Source: Candidatus Latescibacterota bacterium (GTDB lineage Bacteria; Latescibacterota; UBA2968). Taken from it: a stretch of DNA of 64,000 nt. The notes under the pieces were generated by a model, which saw only the letters and a list, made by a program, of their open reading frames with translations, ran no database searches and was not told the origin of the DNA. This document shows, piece after piece, positions 29,162 to 39,702 of this stretch. Numbering within the stretch: the first letter of the stretch is position 1; each line of letters starts with the position of its first letter. A program made the translations under genes and the position numbers. The stretch spans positions 5,760,001 to 5,824,000 of the forward strand of contig OZ241986.1 in the NCBI GenBank assembly GCA_965204375.1, in the 5' to 3' direction.

Positions 29162-30123
29162 AACGTCTCCGTTTGCACGTGGTTTCTCAACATCAATTCC
29201 ATGGGATATGGGTTTAAGTAGGTTTGCTCGTGTACCCAGTCTGGTACGCGGTTGCGGTTGAGATGGTGTTTTAATAATGTGATTGGCACGATGAGAGGTA
29301 GCAGTCGCTGGCGATAGGATTCAAATACGTCGAGCAGTTCTTTTTTGTCCGCGGTGGTCAGTCCGTTTTTTATAAATCCCATCAAGTGCATCAATACGTT
29401 TACGTGTTTGCCCGGTGTGCTCATTACTTTCAGGCCCTCCATTAGCAATTTGCCGTATTGAAGCGCTATATCTTCGCTGGAAGACTGTGCGACCAGTTGG
29501 CCCAACTCGCTGTAGTGTTTTGGGCTGTGTGATAGAAGGCTCATTTTGATTCCGGTGTGAAATTTTACCAGACTACCGGGCGTTGGATTATGGGTCAACA
29601 TTTGCTGCCATCGGTAATAGACAAATGCGCGTTCGATAAAATTTTCCCGCAAAGGCAGATCATTTAGCCGACCTTCTTCTTCGATGGGCAATAAGGGGAA
29701 CCGGGCTGTCAATGCTTTTGCAAATAGCCCGCGCCCATTGCGCGTGGGTATCTGCGTTTTTGTATCAAATACCCTTACGCGAAATAACCCACAACTCGGC
29801 GAATCTTTTTTGAGTATATACCCATGTAAGTTCAGGTCTGTCAGTTCGTTGAGTCGTTTTTCTGCCCATGTCTGCATACCAACGGTGTGATCTGTGCCCG
29901 ATTTTGGGGCAATGAGTTGCGGTGATTCCGCGTCGCCCTCGAGCCGGATGGTTTCTCGTGGAATGCCCATTCCCATTTCCACTTCTGGACATACTGGTAT
30001 CCACTCGACGTAATTGCTCAATACGGTTGTCAAAAATGGCATGTGTTTGTGACCACCATTGTATCGCACTTCTTCGCCGAGCAGACACGCGCTCACGCCG
30101 AGCCTCAGTTTTGATGTTTGCAT
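29149..30123 (-). CDS. ybgA: DUF523-DUF1722 protein (YbgA family; thiouracil desulfurase-like N-terminal domain)
   Basis: GVSACLLG..VRY.GGH, CPEVE.G.G.PR, K.SPSCG, EEEGRLND..LRENF, N.L.H..G, QTYL.P.P.EL.LRNH. Confidence 0.85.
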   Translation of the reverse strand: MQTSKLRLGVSACLLGEEVRYNGGHKHMPFLTTVLSNYVEWIPVCPEVEMGMGIPRETIRLEGDAESPQLIAPKSGTDHTVGMQTWAEKRLNELTDLNLHGYILKKDSPSCGLFRVRVFDTKTQIPTRNGRGLFAKALTARFPLLPIEEEGRLNDLPLRENFIERAFVYYRWQQMLTHNPTPGSLVKFHTGIKMSLLSHSPKHYSELGQLVAQSSSEDIALQYGKLLMEGLKVMSTPGKHVNVLMHLMGFIKNGLTTADKKELLDVFESYRQRLLPLIVPITLLKHHLNRNRVPDWVHEQTYLNPYPMELMLRNHVQTETLCLR

Positions 30124-30134
30124 TTCTGTGTTCC

Positions 30135-31166
30135 TCACAGACCCACTGTGCTCGATGCGAGCCACAAATGGGGATGTGTTTCCAATATCAAATCTGCTAC
30201 TTTTTGCACGGCCTTTTTTACCCCCCAGGTGGGGCGTGGCTGACCCATTGGTGCCAGTCTGAGCAATAGCTGATTGTTTTTGCGAAATAAGAGGGATATG
30301 CCGAAATACTGGGCGAGTTCTCCTTCGCGTACCATGACTGAGATGAGGCCGTGATTGTCGGGCAGTTGGCAGTAGATGTCTGTCATCTTAATCACGGTCT
30401 GCATATCCCGATGGTTTTCGCGCCACACTTGATCTGTGGCATGTTCGATAAGTGTCAGAATATCTTTGCGTTGGTATGCGCCTTCTAATACGATATTTGG
30501 CATTTTTCCTACCTTTTGAATGCGCGTTTCGACTGATAGTTCCGATTCCCGACGCCAGACAAAATAGTGGATGGGTACGCCCGCATCTATTGCCTTTTGT
30601 TCGTATTTGGTTGGGGTACGTCCGGGCAACTGGTGAACAGATGAGGTTTCGTAAATAGATTGCAGGTGCGATTGTCGCGTCAATATATCGGTGATCCAGG
30701 CTGCGTAGTCTGCGTGGTCTGTCGCTATGGTTACTTCGCCACCCGGTTTTAAGCGCTCGGCCAGTATTTTTACAAACACATCTTGAATCAGACGCCGATT
30801 GTGGTGTCGCTCTTTGGGCCATGGATCTGAGAAATTGATCCATATCTCCGATAGGGATTGCGGGGCAAATACGTGTTGTAATAAAAATGCGGCGTCGCCC
30901 TCTATTGCGCGCACGTGATTTAATTTCAGGGCGTTTAACCGCTTGAATAATCGACGCATGGATCCCCAGGCGCGTTCGATTCCGACAAAACACGCATCGG
31001 AACGCGCTGCTGCCATATCGGATAGAAAATGCCCATTGCCAAATCCGATTTCGAGCAAGAGATCGTCTGGCCGATCAAAAATCTGTTGCCAGTCTATCGG
31101 CCAATCCAGTTGCAGCCATGGGACTGTGTATTTTTGTATTTCCGCGCTTAACGGTAGAGACATCAT
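30135..31166 (-). CDS. trmB: tRNA (guanine-N7)-methyltransferase with C-terminal extension
   Basis: EIGFGNG, GIE, NF.DPWPK.RH..RRL, ATD...Y, TKYE.K. Confidence 0.92.
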   Translation of the reverse strand: MMSLPLSAEIQKYTVPWLQLDWPIDWQQIFDRPDDLLLEIGFGNGHFLSDMAAARSDACFVGIERAWGSMRRLFKRLNALKLNHVRAIEGDAAFLLQHVFAPQSLSEIWINFSDPWPKERHHNRRLIQDVFVKILAERLKPGGEVTIATDHADYAAWITDILTRQSHLQSIYETSSVHQLPGRTPTKYEQKAIDAGVPIHYFVWRRESELSVETRIQKVGKMPNIVLEGAYQRKDILTLIEHATDQVWRENHRDMQTVIKMTDIYCQLPDNHGLISVMVREGELAQYFGISLLFRKNNQLLLRLAPMGQPRPTWGVKKAVQKVADLILETHPHLWLASSTVGL

Positions 31167-31178
31167 GTGTTATACCTG

Positions 31179-31316
31179 CGAATCGGCGAATCAGCGAATC
31201 AACGAATCAACGAATCAACGAATCAACGATAGCAGTTGGGGGTAGGGTGGGGTTCGTCTATTCGTCTATGAACTGGCCTGAGAGGCGGCCAGTTGTACCC
31301 CGCTCCGTCTATTCGT
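31179..31316. repeat. Octamer array (CGAATCAA)x6 plus a GTAG-REP-like nested hairpin
   Basis: CGAATCGG CGAATCAG (CGAATCAA)4 at 31179-31226; GTAGGGTGGGGT...AACTGGCC..GGCCAGTT..ACCCCGC; CGTCTATTCGT twice. Confidence 0.85.
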
Positions 31317-31320
31317 TTTT

Positions 31321-32151
31321 TTATCTCCGGATTTCGGTAAAGCGTTTGACCTGAGCCGTCATAGCCACTTCCGTCGGCAGGCGTTCCATTGAGCTGGCGC
31401 CGTAGAATCCATCGACTTCGGGGACCCGTTCAAGGATGTAAGAGGCGTCTTCTGGTTCGGCAATAGGCCCGCCGTGGCAAAGTGTGATTACATCGTCCCG
31501 GATCGATTTGCAGGCATTGCAAATCGCCTTTACTTCTTCCACGCAGTCATCAAGCGTTTTTGCCGTGTGCGCGCCAATTGTGCCCTTGGTTGTCAATCCC
31601 ATGTGCGCCACCACAATATCGGCGCCTGCTTCTGTCATGAGTTGTCCTTCTTCGACATTGAACGCATAGGGCGTTGTCAGCATGTCCATTTCATGGGCTG
31701 CTGCGATCATTTCCACTTCGAGGTGATAGCCCATTCCCGTTTCTTCCAGATTGGCGCGAAATAATCCGTCAATGAGTCCCACTGTTGGAAAATTTTGAAT
31801 CCCCGCGAAGCCCAGTTCTCCCAGTTCTCGCAAGAAGTGATCCCGCAACATGAATGGATCTGTCCCATTCACCCCGGCGAGTACGGGGGTGTGTTCTACT
31901 GCTGTGATGACTTCATAAGCCATTTCTTTTACTATTTCGTTGGCATTGCCATAGGCCAGGACGCCTGAGAGCGATCCTCGCCCCGCCATGCGATAGCGTC
32001 CCGAGTTGTAAATTACAATGAGGTCAATGCCGCCCGCTTCTTCGCATTTCGCCGAGATTCCCGTGCCAGCACCACCGCCAATGATCGGCAGTCCATCTGC
32101 GATTTTTTTTCGCAAGCGTTCTAATATTGATGTTCGGCTCTCTGCTGCCAT
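31321..32151 (-). CDS. PEP-hydrolase-like TIM-barrel protein (UPF0261 partner)
   Basis: [53 protein letters not shown]. Confidence 0.9.
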   Translation of the reverse strand: MAAESRTSILERLRKKIADGLPIIGGGAGTGISAKCEEAGGIDLIVIYNSGRYRMAGRGSLSGVLAYGNANEIVKEMAYEVITAVEHTPVLAGVNGTDPFMLRDHFLRELGELGFAGIQNFPTVGLIDGLFRANLEETGMGYHLEVEMIAAAHEMDMLTTPYAFNVEEGQLMTEAGADIVVAHMGLTTKGTIGAHTAKTLDDCVEEVKAICNACKSIRDDVITLCHGGPIAEPEDASYILERVPEVDGFYGASSMERLPTEVAMTAQVKRFTEIRR

Positions 32152-32168
32152 TGTTGTCTCCTTGTGGT

Positions 32169-33377
32169 TTATCTTATTTCCTGGAAACTCGCCACCAGTG
32201 CTGCTGCAAATTCTGGATCGTTGATATTGTTCGCCAGCCGTTTGATCTGGCGATTTTCCGTTTGTTCGATGCGTGCTTCCAGGGTTTCAAATAATGCCTT
32301 ATCTGCATCTGGGTCGTGAAAGGGTTGTCCTTCATCATCGATTAACGATACGCCGTTTTCTGGAATTAGTATTTGAATTGGCACCGTTGATCGGTTCAAT
32401 TTATTCGCTATCCATTCGGCAAATTGGCGGTTTTCGTCCGCTGTCGTCCGCATCAATGTGACCTGTGCGTTGTGTACGTGAAGTGTGCGGTTTTTAAATT
32501 GTTCGGGGACGGTTTCTACGGCGCCAAAATTTACCATGTCGAGCGCGCCCAGGCTCACGACATAAGGTATTTTGCGGGCGAGAATGCAATCCATTCGCTC
32601 AGGTCCGGCGGGAAATACGCCGCCTACTACTTCATCGGCTACTTCTGTTGTGGTAATATCCAGGACGCCGTCGATCATCCCGCTTTCGACCAGTTTTTCC
32701 ATTGCCTGTCCACCTGTCCCTGTGGCGTGAAATACCAGGCAGTCATATCCGTCTTTTTCCAGTGTTTCGCGGACCATGGTTACACACGGCGTTGTTACGC
32801 CAAACATGGTCATTCCAAGCGTGGGTTTGTCTTCGGCTTCTGCAACGGTGTTTACGACCATTCCCACTATTGCATGCGCTGCATTGCCCATTACTTGCCG
32901 CGATACGCGGTTGATTCCGGCTACATCTACTACTGAATACATCATCGCTATATCGCAACACCCCACATAAGGTTCGGTATTGCCACTGGCGACGGTGGAT
33001 ACCATGACTTTGGGTACGCCAATGGGCAATGCCTGCATTGCCGGTGTGATGAGTGCCGTGCCCCCGCTGCCCCCAATGCCGATAATGCCTGCCACATCGC
33101 CTTTGGCGTATTCTTGCAGCAAGTAGGCGCACAATGCTTCTCCCATCGCTGTTACGGCTTCGCCCCGGTCCGTATGTCCGAGTACGGCACCCGTTCCGCC
33201 CGCGTGACAGGCGGCTATGGTTTCCCGCGATACATCCGGCACGCCGCCCTGCGCATCGCTCTGTGTGCCTACATCTACGACTGTCACCTCTGCGCCCGCG
33301 TTTCGGATGCATTCAGCGACATACCCGATTTCTTCACCTTTGGTATCCATTGTCGCAATTGCGTATATACTGCCCAT
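32169..33377 (-). CDS. UPF0261 / Tm-1-like ATP-binding domain protein
   Basis: [55 protein letters not shown]. Confidence 0.9.
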   Translation of the reverse strand: MGSIYAIATMDTKGEEIGYVAECIRNAGAEVTVVDVGTQSDAQGGVPDVSRETIAACHAGGTGAVLGHTDRGEAVTAMGEALCAYLLQEYAKGDVAGIIGIGGSGGTALITPAMQALPIGVPKVMVSTVASGNTEPYVGCCDIAMMYSVVDVAGINRVSRQVMGNAAHAIVGMVVNTVAEAEDKPTLGMTMFGVTTPCVTMVRETLEKDGYDCLVFHATGTGGQAMEKLVESGMIDGVLDITTTEVADEVVGGVFPAGPERMDCILARKIPYVVSLGALDMVNFGAVETVPEQFKNRTLHVHNAQVTLMRTTADENRQFAEWIANKLNRSTVPIQILIPENGVSLIDDEGQPFHDPDADKALFETLEARIEQTENRQIKRLANNINDPEFAAALVASFQEIR

Positions 33378-33400
33378 TATGTCCTCCTTGGTATTGTTTT

Positions 33401-35191
33401 TTAGTTGCTGTTCCATCGTATATTACCCGGTTCGGGAGAAGATAGCAATATCATTCCCTGCCTGCGCGCCCAGATGTGTGCGGCTCTGGCGAGCACGGGG
33501 TGATCGGCATTTAGATATGTTAGAGCCATTTCCTCAGTGCCATATTGATGCAGGGCCTGGACGAGCAGGGGTTCTGCTTCAGACATTCCTTTTCGGATGA
33601 AGAAGGCGTGCGCGGCTGCTATAATAAGGGTGCGTTTCTGTTCCAGGGCTTGCAGGAGTTTCTGGCTCGCCCGCGCAGTGGCAATCTCTCCCAGAGCTTC
33701 GGCAGAGCGCCATTGTACTTCTGGCTCGGGATGGTCGATGTGTTCCAGAAAATAGGTTTCTATTTGCAGCGTCGCTTCTCGTTCCCGCCAGTTGGCATCC
33801 AGGCGGTCCAGCACCCGCACCATTCGCCGCGCCCATATCCGTCCTTTTCCGATAATCGAGATGAGAGTATCTGCCACAGATGCATCGCCGATTGATCCCA
33901 GGGCATCAGCCGTTGCCCAGCGCACTTCGGCTGACTGATCGTTCAGCATTTTCAACAGGGGAGCGATGGCACTGCGGTCTCCAATTTCTCCCAAAGCTTC
34001 GGTTGCAATGCGTCGGACCTGTACCGATGTATCGTCTAACTGCTCACTTAGTAAAGCTGTTGCACGGGGGTCTTTCAGTACACCCAGAGTTTGTATTGTT
34101 CCCAGGCGAAATACGCCTTGTTCTGCATTGGACAGGATGGTCAGGAGTGGTTCGACGGCGCGTGTATCGCGCAGTTCGCCCAGAGCCAGTGCAGCGGCTG
34201 AAACAATGCCGGGATCACGATGTTCGAGGGCTTCTACCAGTGGTTCGACGGCTCGCGCATCGCGCAGTTCGCCCAGTGCTCTTATAGCGATATACTGCAC
34301 TTGCATGTTCGGATCTTTTAGTACCTCGAGCAGGGATGGTACCACCCGGGTATCTCCGATCTGTCCCAGGGCCTCGACAGCCTGCATCCGCGCCATCAGG
34401 TCTCCGGTCGCCAGTTGCGCCACAAAAAAGTCTATGGCCGCGCCAGCACCTGTACGCGTTTTCCACTCAGCATCCATTTCCGATAGTACCTGAACTACCT
34501 GGTAGCGCGATTGGTTCGGCAGCTTCAATCCGTCAATCAGGCGATTGATCGCTTCTTCAGCAGGTGCAGAAGTTTGCCACGATGGATCGATGGTGTTGAG
34601 TGCCCCCACCATTACCTGGCGCAGTTCTCTGTCCGCCTGTGGCAGTGCGTCAATCAGGGGGGCGAGAGTCTGTGGGTTTTTTAAATGGGCGAGGGTCAGC
34701 GCGGCCACCCACCGCACATCGCGTGCCCTATCGGTCAGCGCGGTGGTCAGTGCCTGAATGGACCGGTCGCCACCTGCGATACCCAGACTTTGAATTGCTC
34801 CCAGGTACAGTGGCGTTTCTCGCTCTTGCGCGATCCGCAACAAGGTCTCCACGGCTTTTTCGCCTCCGATATTGCCCAGGGCTTCGACCACGCTCAGACC
34901 CACCATGACATTTGGGTCGCGAACAATCGCAATCAGCGAGTCCACTGCCTGCCGATCTCCCAATTTGCCCAGGGCTTCGCTTGCGGCTAATCTCACCTGT
35001 GCATCTCGGTCTTTGAGAGTTTGGATGAGAGCTGGAACCGCACGCCGGTCACCTATTTCTCCTATCTGTATCGCTGCGCGGGCGCGATCCGCAGCATTGG
35101 GATGCTCCAAAATTTGTACCCAATCATCGGCTTTGGACGCGCATCCCAACAAGCCCAGAATAATTAGCCATAAACCGCTTTTAGTGATCAC
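33401..35191 (-). CDS. HEAT-repeat (PBS lyase type) lipoprotein
   Basis: Lipobox LLGC; many repeats of VR..A..ALG.IGD.RAV..L...L.D. Confidence 0.9.
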   Translation of the reverse strand: MITKSGLWLIILGLLGCASKADDWVQILEHPNAADRARAAIQIGEIGDRRAVPALIQTLKDRDAQVRLAASEALGKLGDRQAVDSLIAIVRDPNVMVGLSVVEALGNIGGEKAVETLLRIAQERETPLYLGAIQSLGIAGGDRSIQALTTALTDRARDVRWVAALTLAHLKNPQTLAPLIDALPQADRELRQVMVGALNTIDPSWQTSAPAEEAINRLIDGLKLPNQSRYQVVQVLSEMDAEWKTRTGAGAAIDFFVAQLATGDLMARMQAVEALGQIGDTRVVPSLLEVLKDPNMQVQYIAIRALGELRDARAVEPLVEALEHRDPGIVSAAALALGELRDTRAVEPLLTILSNAEQGVFRLGTIQTLGVLKDPRATALLSEQLDDTSVQVRRIATEALGEIGDRSAIAPLLKMLNDQSAEVRWATADALGSIGDASVADTLISIIGKGRIWARRMVRVLDRLDANWREREATLQIETYFLEHIDHPEPEVQWRSAEALGEIATARASQKLLQALEQKRTLIIAAAHAFFIRKGMSEAEPLLVQALHQYGTEEMALTYLNADHPVLARAAHIWARRQGMILLSSPEPGNIRWNSN

Positions 35192-35292
35192 ATACGTCTC
35201 CTGAGAAAGGCTTTGTGTCTTATGTTGACAGTGACTACCCGCTGCGGTATCATTGGGTATTCACAAACTGTTTGTCGATGGGGAATGCGTTC

Positions 35293-36285
35293 ATGAATCG
35301 GTTCTTAAAGATTTGGTTGGTCTGTTTCGCGGCCGCCTGTGGTTCGTCCGATAAGGGTCTCCAGCCCGAAGATATCCCTGTTTTATCTGAGGGCGATATT
35401 TTGCTCACCGATGCTGCCCAGCGCGCGCTGTTCCGCATCCATCCCGGTACGGGAGACCGCACCGTTGTCACCGACCGCATCGGCGGTGTTCCCCGACAGA
35501 TCGCCCGGGATGCCAATGGCGACCTTCTGATGACCCTTTCTGAAAGCAGCCTGCCCATTGTCCTGCGGTTCGATATCCGAACGGGCGATCTTTTTATTGT
35601 GTCTTCAAGTGGTAGCCCCGTTGATCCCAATGTTCCGATCATCGGTTCAGGTCCCGCGTTTTTGGGCCCGGTCGGTCTGGTGCGAGAATCATCTGGACAA
35701 CTCATAGTTGGCGATCAGCCTTCCGCCACTATCTTTCGCGTTGATCCCGATAGCGGTGACCGCGTGGTCGTTTCTGGTCCCGGTCGAGGTGATGGACCAC
35801 CCTTTACTGGTCGCATCAAGCAGTTTGCCCTGGAGGCCGATGGCAATCTCCTATTGGTGGTCGGCTCAGTTTCTCAGGGGGGCGAGGGGCGTATCTTCCG
35901 CATTGATCCCAATAGTGGCGACCGCACGGTCATCTCTGGTCCAGAAATGGGTGAAGGACCCCGATTGATGGATCCGGAAGGGATTGTTCTGAGCACCCTT
36001 AACACCATTTTTGTCACGGATATCGGTCAGGCCGCTGTTATCCGAGTTGATCCTCTCAGTGGCGACCGAACCATTATTTCAAGTCCTTTTATGGGTGGGG
36101 GTGAATTGCCCGATATTCCCTCTGGTCTCGCTTTTAATACTCTCGATCAACTCCTGGTGGCAGATCGCACCGTTATCTACCGCGTGGATATCAGTACTGG
36201 TGACCGCACGGTTATCTCGGCGCCGATTATTGGTCAGGGCGAACCTTTTCTGGTGGCGGATGATATTTTTGTGATTAAGAATTGA
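35293..36285 (+). CDS. Six-repeat beta-propeller lipoprotein
   Basis: Lipobox-like FAAAC; six repeats of (I/V)xR(V/I)Dxx(S/T)GDR.V(V/I)S. Confidence 0.75.
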   Translation: MNRFLKIWLVCFAAACGSSDKGLQPEDIPVLSEGDILLTDAAQRALFRIHPGTGDRTVVTDRIGGVPRQIARDANGDLLMTLSESSLPIVLRFDIRTGDLFIVSSSGSPVDPNVPIIGSGPAFLGPVGLVRESSGQLIVGDQPSATIFRVDPDSGDRVVVSGPGRGDGPPFTGRIKQFALEADGNLLLVVGSVSQGGEGRIFRIDPNSGDRTVISGPEMGEGPRLMDPEGIVLSTLNTIFVTDIGQAAVIRVDPLSGDRTIISSPFMGGGELPDIPSGLAFNTLDQLLVADRTVIYRVDISTGDRTVISAPIIGQGEPFLVADDIFVIKN

Positions 36286-36286
36286 T

Positions 36287-37837
36287 TTATCTAACCTTTT
36301 TGTTCCGAATCATTTGCAAGCCTTGCTGTGCGTCCGGATGGGTTGGGTCGATTTGAACTGCGCGTTCGAAATACACCTGTGCCGAGTCTGCGCGGCCCTG
36401 ATTGAGCAATAGTATTCCCAACCTCACATGGCCATCGTAGAACCGGGGTGCCAGCTCGATCGAGCGGCGAAATGCCGCTTCTGCCCCTGCCGTATCTCGG
36501 AATCTTTCCAGGGCTATTCCCAGGTCGTAATGCGCTGTGAAAAGCGTGGGTTCCAGGTCGAGGGCTTTTCGAAACTGGGCAATAGCTAAGCCGAGAAATC
36601 CCCGCCGGTCCAGTGCATATCCGATTTGCAAATAGGCTTCTACATCTCTGGGAGCCAGCGCGTCGGCTGCTGCTTGCTCTCGCGCGGCCAGGTCCATCCG
36701 ACCATTTCCCGCATGGCGCGCCGCCCGCTCCAGATGCATCATATAGACTTCGCACTGTCGGCTCAGTGCCACTCCCGAGCGATAAACGCCCAATCCGATG
36801 CCCACAAATAATGCGACCACGCCGATGCGGAAAAGCCATTGTCCGCTCCACCAGGCGCGGCCCTGCAGGAATAAGACCGCCGCTACCGGTGTTGTGACAA
36901 AACCTGTACCGAATCCCTCAGCTACCCAGGCGACAACCGCAGAGGCCAGAATATAGGGCATGGATATTTTTGGCAATGCCATTAGACACAATAAGCCCAG
37001 CGGGATCAGCGAGACCAGCAGGTCTGGTCGCCCGCCAATGCCCACCTGCGCCACGACCGTTACCGCTGTGAATAGCCCTATGCACACCCACATTAATTCG
37101 TGCCGCGACCTGTGCTTGTTTGCGGTTGTTTCCACGGTTGTTGAGCCTACACCAGTCAGTGCCAGAACGCCCAGGGTCAAGATGCTTATCCAGTGCCAGA
37201 GTACAAAAGGCTGTGTGGGTACGGCGCGTGAAATTGGCTCGGAAAACAGGTGTAAGAACATGTGAAAAAGAAATACGCCCCACAGCGCGTGCGCCCAAAA
37301 CCTGCGCCGATAGGGCGTACAGAATGCCAGAAAATAGGGGATAAAGAACTCGAATCCCACTGCAAACCACTCCGCTATCCCTACAGTTGGCACACCTGCA
37401 AAGAAACGGTTGTACGTCGGTATGCTCCACACCCACCAGCCCGCGGCTGCCGCTCCGCCTTCTACCCCATATCCCACGGCTGCCATTCCCACGCAAGTCA
37501 TCCCCACCGTGGCCATCAAATCGCCTTTAAGTGCGGGTATCCGCGCCAGGACCCGTTCGGCCAGCCACCAGCTCACATAGAGGGCAAAAATCCATCCGAT
37601 TACTGCCTGTAAAGACGCTGAAAAAATCTGCACTACCGGCTGCGTGAATACATAAGGCATCACGCCGCCCTGCGATTTTACTGTGATCCAGTGAATCACA
37701 TTTCCCCGCACGACGCCAAACAGAAACGCCGAGATAAAAAAGCTCAGCGCAATGCGGCGGCCCCGATGGGACCAGGCGTGCCACATCAGTACGGCTATTG
37801 CCACAGCAGAGGGCACAAAAAGCAGAAGCGTTTTCAT
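36287..37837 (-). CDS. CruF/DUF422-like multi-TM protein fused to C-terminal TPR
   Basis: HA...G...AL.F; PY.F...W...Y.S..LA; GWWVW...FFAGVP....EW resembles the carotenoid 1,2-hydratase family; about 3-4 TPRs at the C-terminus. Confidence 0.55.
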   Translation of the reverse strand: MKTLLLFVPSAVAIAVLMWHAWSHRGRRIALSFFISAFLFGVVRGNVIHWITVKSQGGVMPYVFTQPVVQIFSASLQAVIGWIFALYVSWWLAERVLARIPALKGDLMATVGMTCVGMAAVGYGVEGGAAAAGWWVWSIPTYNRFFAGVPTVGIAEWFAVGFEFFIPYFLAFCTPYRRRFWAHALWGVFLFHMFLHLFSEPISRAVPTQPFVLWHWISILTLGVLALTGVGSTTVETTANKHRSRHELMWVCIGLFTAVTVVAQVGIGGRPDLLVSLIPLGLLCLMALPKISMPYILASAVVAWVAEGFGTGFVTTPVAAVLFLQGRAWWSGQWLFRIGVVALFVGIGLGVYRSGVALSRQCEVYMMHLERAARHAGNGRMDLAAREQAAADALAPRDVEAYLQIGYALDRRGFLGLAIAQFRKALDLEPTLFTAHYDLGIALERFRDTAGAEAAFRRSIELAPRFYDGHVRLGILLLNQGRADSAQVYFERAVQIDPTHPDAQQGLQMIRNKKVR

Positions 37838-37849
37838 GGCTCCTCTTGT

Positions 37850-38806
37850 TTATATTATGATGTCTGACTGCGTATGGGGTGCGTGGTTTTTGATAAACCA
37901 GAGATAGAGCACCCGACTATAGGAAAAAAATACCATCTGTTTCCGTTGGAAAAAGGGTTCCAGTTCTTTTTGCAATTTCCGCAGGTTGTAAAATGGCACG
38001 CCAGGGAAATAGTGGTGTTCCAGGTGATATGTCGAAAACAGATAGAGAAAATTCCATATCCAATTGGATCGCATGAGGGTTGTCCAGTTGGCGATTTCGT
38101 CTGGATTTATCACATAGTGCTGTCCCAACCGGTTGACCGTAAAAGCAATGGGAAAGATAAAAAATACCGGAAAAAGATGCGCTTTGAAAGCAAACCACGG
38201 GTCCAGCGTCCAGAACCAGGTCAGGATTCCCAGGTGCAGGATGATGCCTACTGTGCGTTCTCGTTTGATCTGGCGGGACAGATGCTCTGGATAGCCTTTG
38301 AAGGTTTCGGCTACTGCCCGAAAATAAATGGGGAATAGCATTGGCGTGCAGTAAAGCAGCTTGAACCACGGCGTATTGATGCGGGGGGACAGGTGCGCCC
38401 GTTTGGGGTCGGCGTGCGTCGATCCCAGGTGATCGTGGTGGTCCAGGTGCCATCGCTTGAACTGTGAAAATGCCAATCCGGAAATCCACCCGTACACAAG
38501 CCCCAGGAGGTCGTTGAGTCGGTGTTTTTTGCGAAAAATGCACCGATGTACGGATTCGTGTAGCAAAACGGAGAAGCTGAAAATTACGAATCCCAATAGT
38601 ACGCTTGCGGGAAACCAGGCCCAGAACGAATCGACGTGGTAAATCCAGACGGGTAGCCCGACCAGCAGTGCCACCTGTCGTATGGCGATCCAAAAGTGTC
38701 GCCAGGGTCGCCGCTGGTGCAGGTCTGTCAGTCGTTCTTCTGGTATTGCCGTCCGCAGTTCCCGGTTTAAGTCTCGTGCATGGTCGTGATACGTCGGTTC
38801 CGCCAT
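37850..38806 (-). CDS. Membrane di-iron fatty acid desaturase/hydroxylase family
   Basis: Three His boxes HESVH, HLDHH and HLEHH..P.VP; ATG 38806 follows GGAGG. Confidence 0.9.
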   Translation of the reverse strand: MAEPTYHDHARDLNRELRTAIPEERLTDLHQRRPWRHFWIAIRQVALLVGLPVWIYHVDSFWAWFPASVLLGFVIFSFSVLLHESVHRCIFRKKHRLNDLLGLVYGWISGLAFSQFKRWHLDHHDHLGSTHADPKRAHLSPRINTPWFKLLYCTPMLFPIYFRAVAETFKGYPEHLSRQIKRERTVGIILHLGILTWFWTLDPWFAFKAHLFPVFFIFPIAFTVNRLGQHYVINPDEIANWTTLMRSNWIWNFLYLFSTYHLEHHYFPGVPFYNLRKLQKELEPFFQRKQMVFFSYSRVLYLWFIKNHAPHTQSDIII

Positions 38807-38820
38807 TGCAGACCTCCGCG

Positions 38821-39702
38821 TTATCCGATTGCAAACACACACACAAACCCCACATGTCCCGCCATCAATAGCAAATACATGTGTTTCCACGAAATGTGAT
38901 TGGATTCAAATGTCAACGCCTCGGGGCGCTTCAACATCAACCAGCCGACATACCCTCCCCAAAGTGCCAGAAAGCCAAGCCACTGCGCACTCGGCGGCAC
39001 CCATTCCCATATTGCGCCAAGGGGAATCAGCGCAAAAGGCAATACCAGAAAAGGCAGTATCATCCACGCTGCTCGTCGAGGTCCCAATAGTACGGGTAGG
39101 GTGTTCATGCCGAAGGCGCGGTCTCCTTCCACATCTGCGAAATCTTTGGTGTTGCTGGCTCCAAACACGTAGAGGCCGAATACCAGGCCCACAAACCAGG
39201 GTGCCGGGTGCCATATAGGTTCCACAGCCGCCCAGCCGCCCACTGGTAGCAAACACCCCCGTCCAAATCCCAGTGCCAGACTTGAAGAGAGTGCGTGCCG
39301 TTTTAGCCGCAAGGGCGGTGCTGAATAGGCCAGTGTGAGCAATGCGCCCACCGCGAAGATGCCCAGCAGTCGGGGATGTACCAGATAGGCGAGACCGAGG
39401 GCGATAATATAGCACGCGGTTCCCAGCAGTGCTGCCCCCCGCATGGATACGCTCCCCGAGGGCAAGGGGCGGGTGGGTTTGTTGATCCGATCAATTTCCA
39501 GATCGCAGCACTGGTTGATGATGTTCGATCCCGCATTCAGGATTGTAACAGCCAGCGTGCCTACCAGGCCTGCTGTTGGGATCTCTCCACCGGTAGCCAT
39601 TGCCGATCCCGCGAGAAATCCCACGGCAGGTGCCAGTAGTGTGAAGGGTCGCGCGAGTACCACAAAGGCGCGGAATCCATTTTGTTCCATAGAATTGCTC
39701 AT
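38821..39702 (-). CDS. UbiA-superfamily prenyltransferase (homogentisate-PT / DGGGP-synthase-like motifs)
   Basis: RPFTL, NQCCDLEIDRINKPTRPLPSG, YS.PP.RLKR, KDFADVEGD...G..TLPV. Confidence 0.88.
   Translation of the reverse strand: MSNSMEQNGFRAFVVLARPFTLLAPAVGFLAGSAMATGGEIPTAGLVGTLAVTILNAGSNIINQCCDLEIDRINKPTRPLPSGSVSMRGAALLGTACYIIALGLAYLVHPRLLGIFAVGALLTLAYSAPPLRLKRHALSSSLALGFGRGCLLPVGGWAAVEPIWHPAPWFVGLVFGLYVFGASNTKDFADVEGDRAFGMNTLPVLLGPRRAAWMILPFLVLPFALIPLGAIWEWVPPSAQWLGFLALWGGYVGWLMLKRPEALTFESNHISWKHMYLLLMAGHVGFVCVFAIG

Noticed and set aside
36287-39702. Standard carotenoid cluster or proven archaeal-type ether lipid pathway
   Set aside because: No crtB/crtI/crtE or GGGP synthase here, and the CruF-like protein lacks the usual DxxxDP motif; kept only as an open hypothesis
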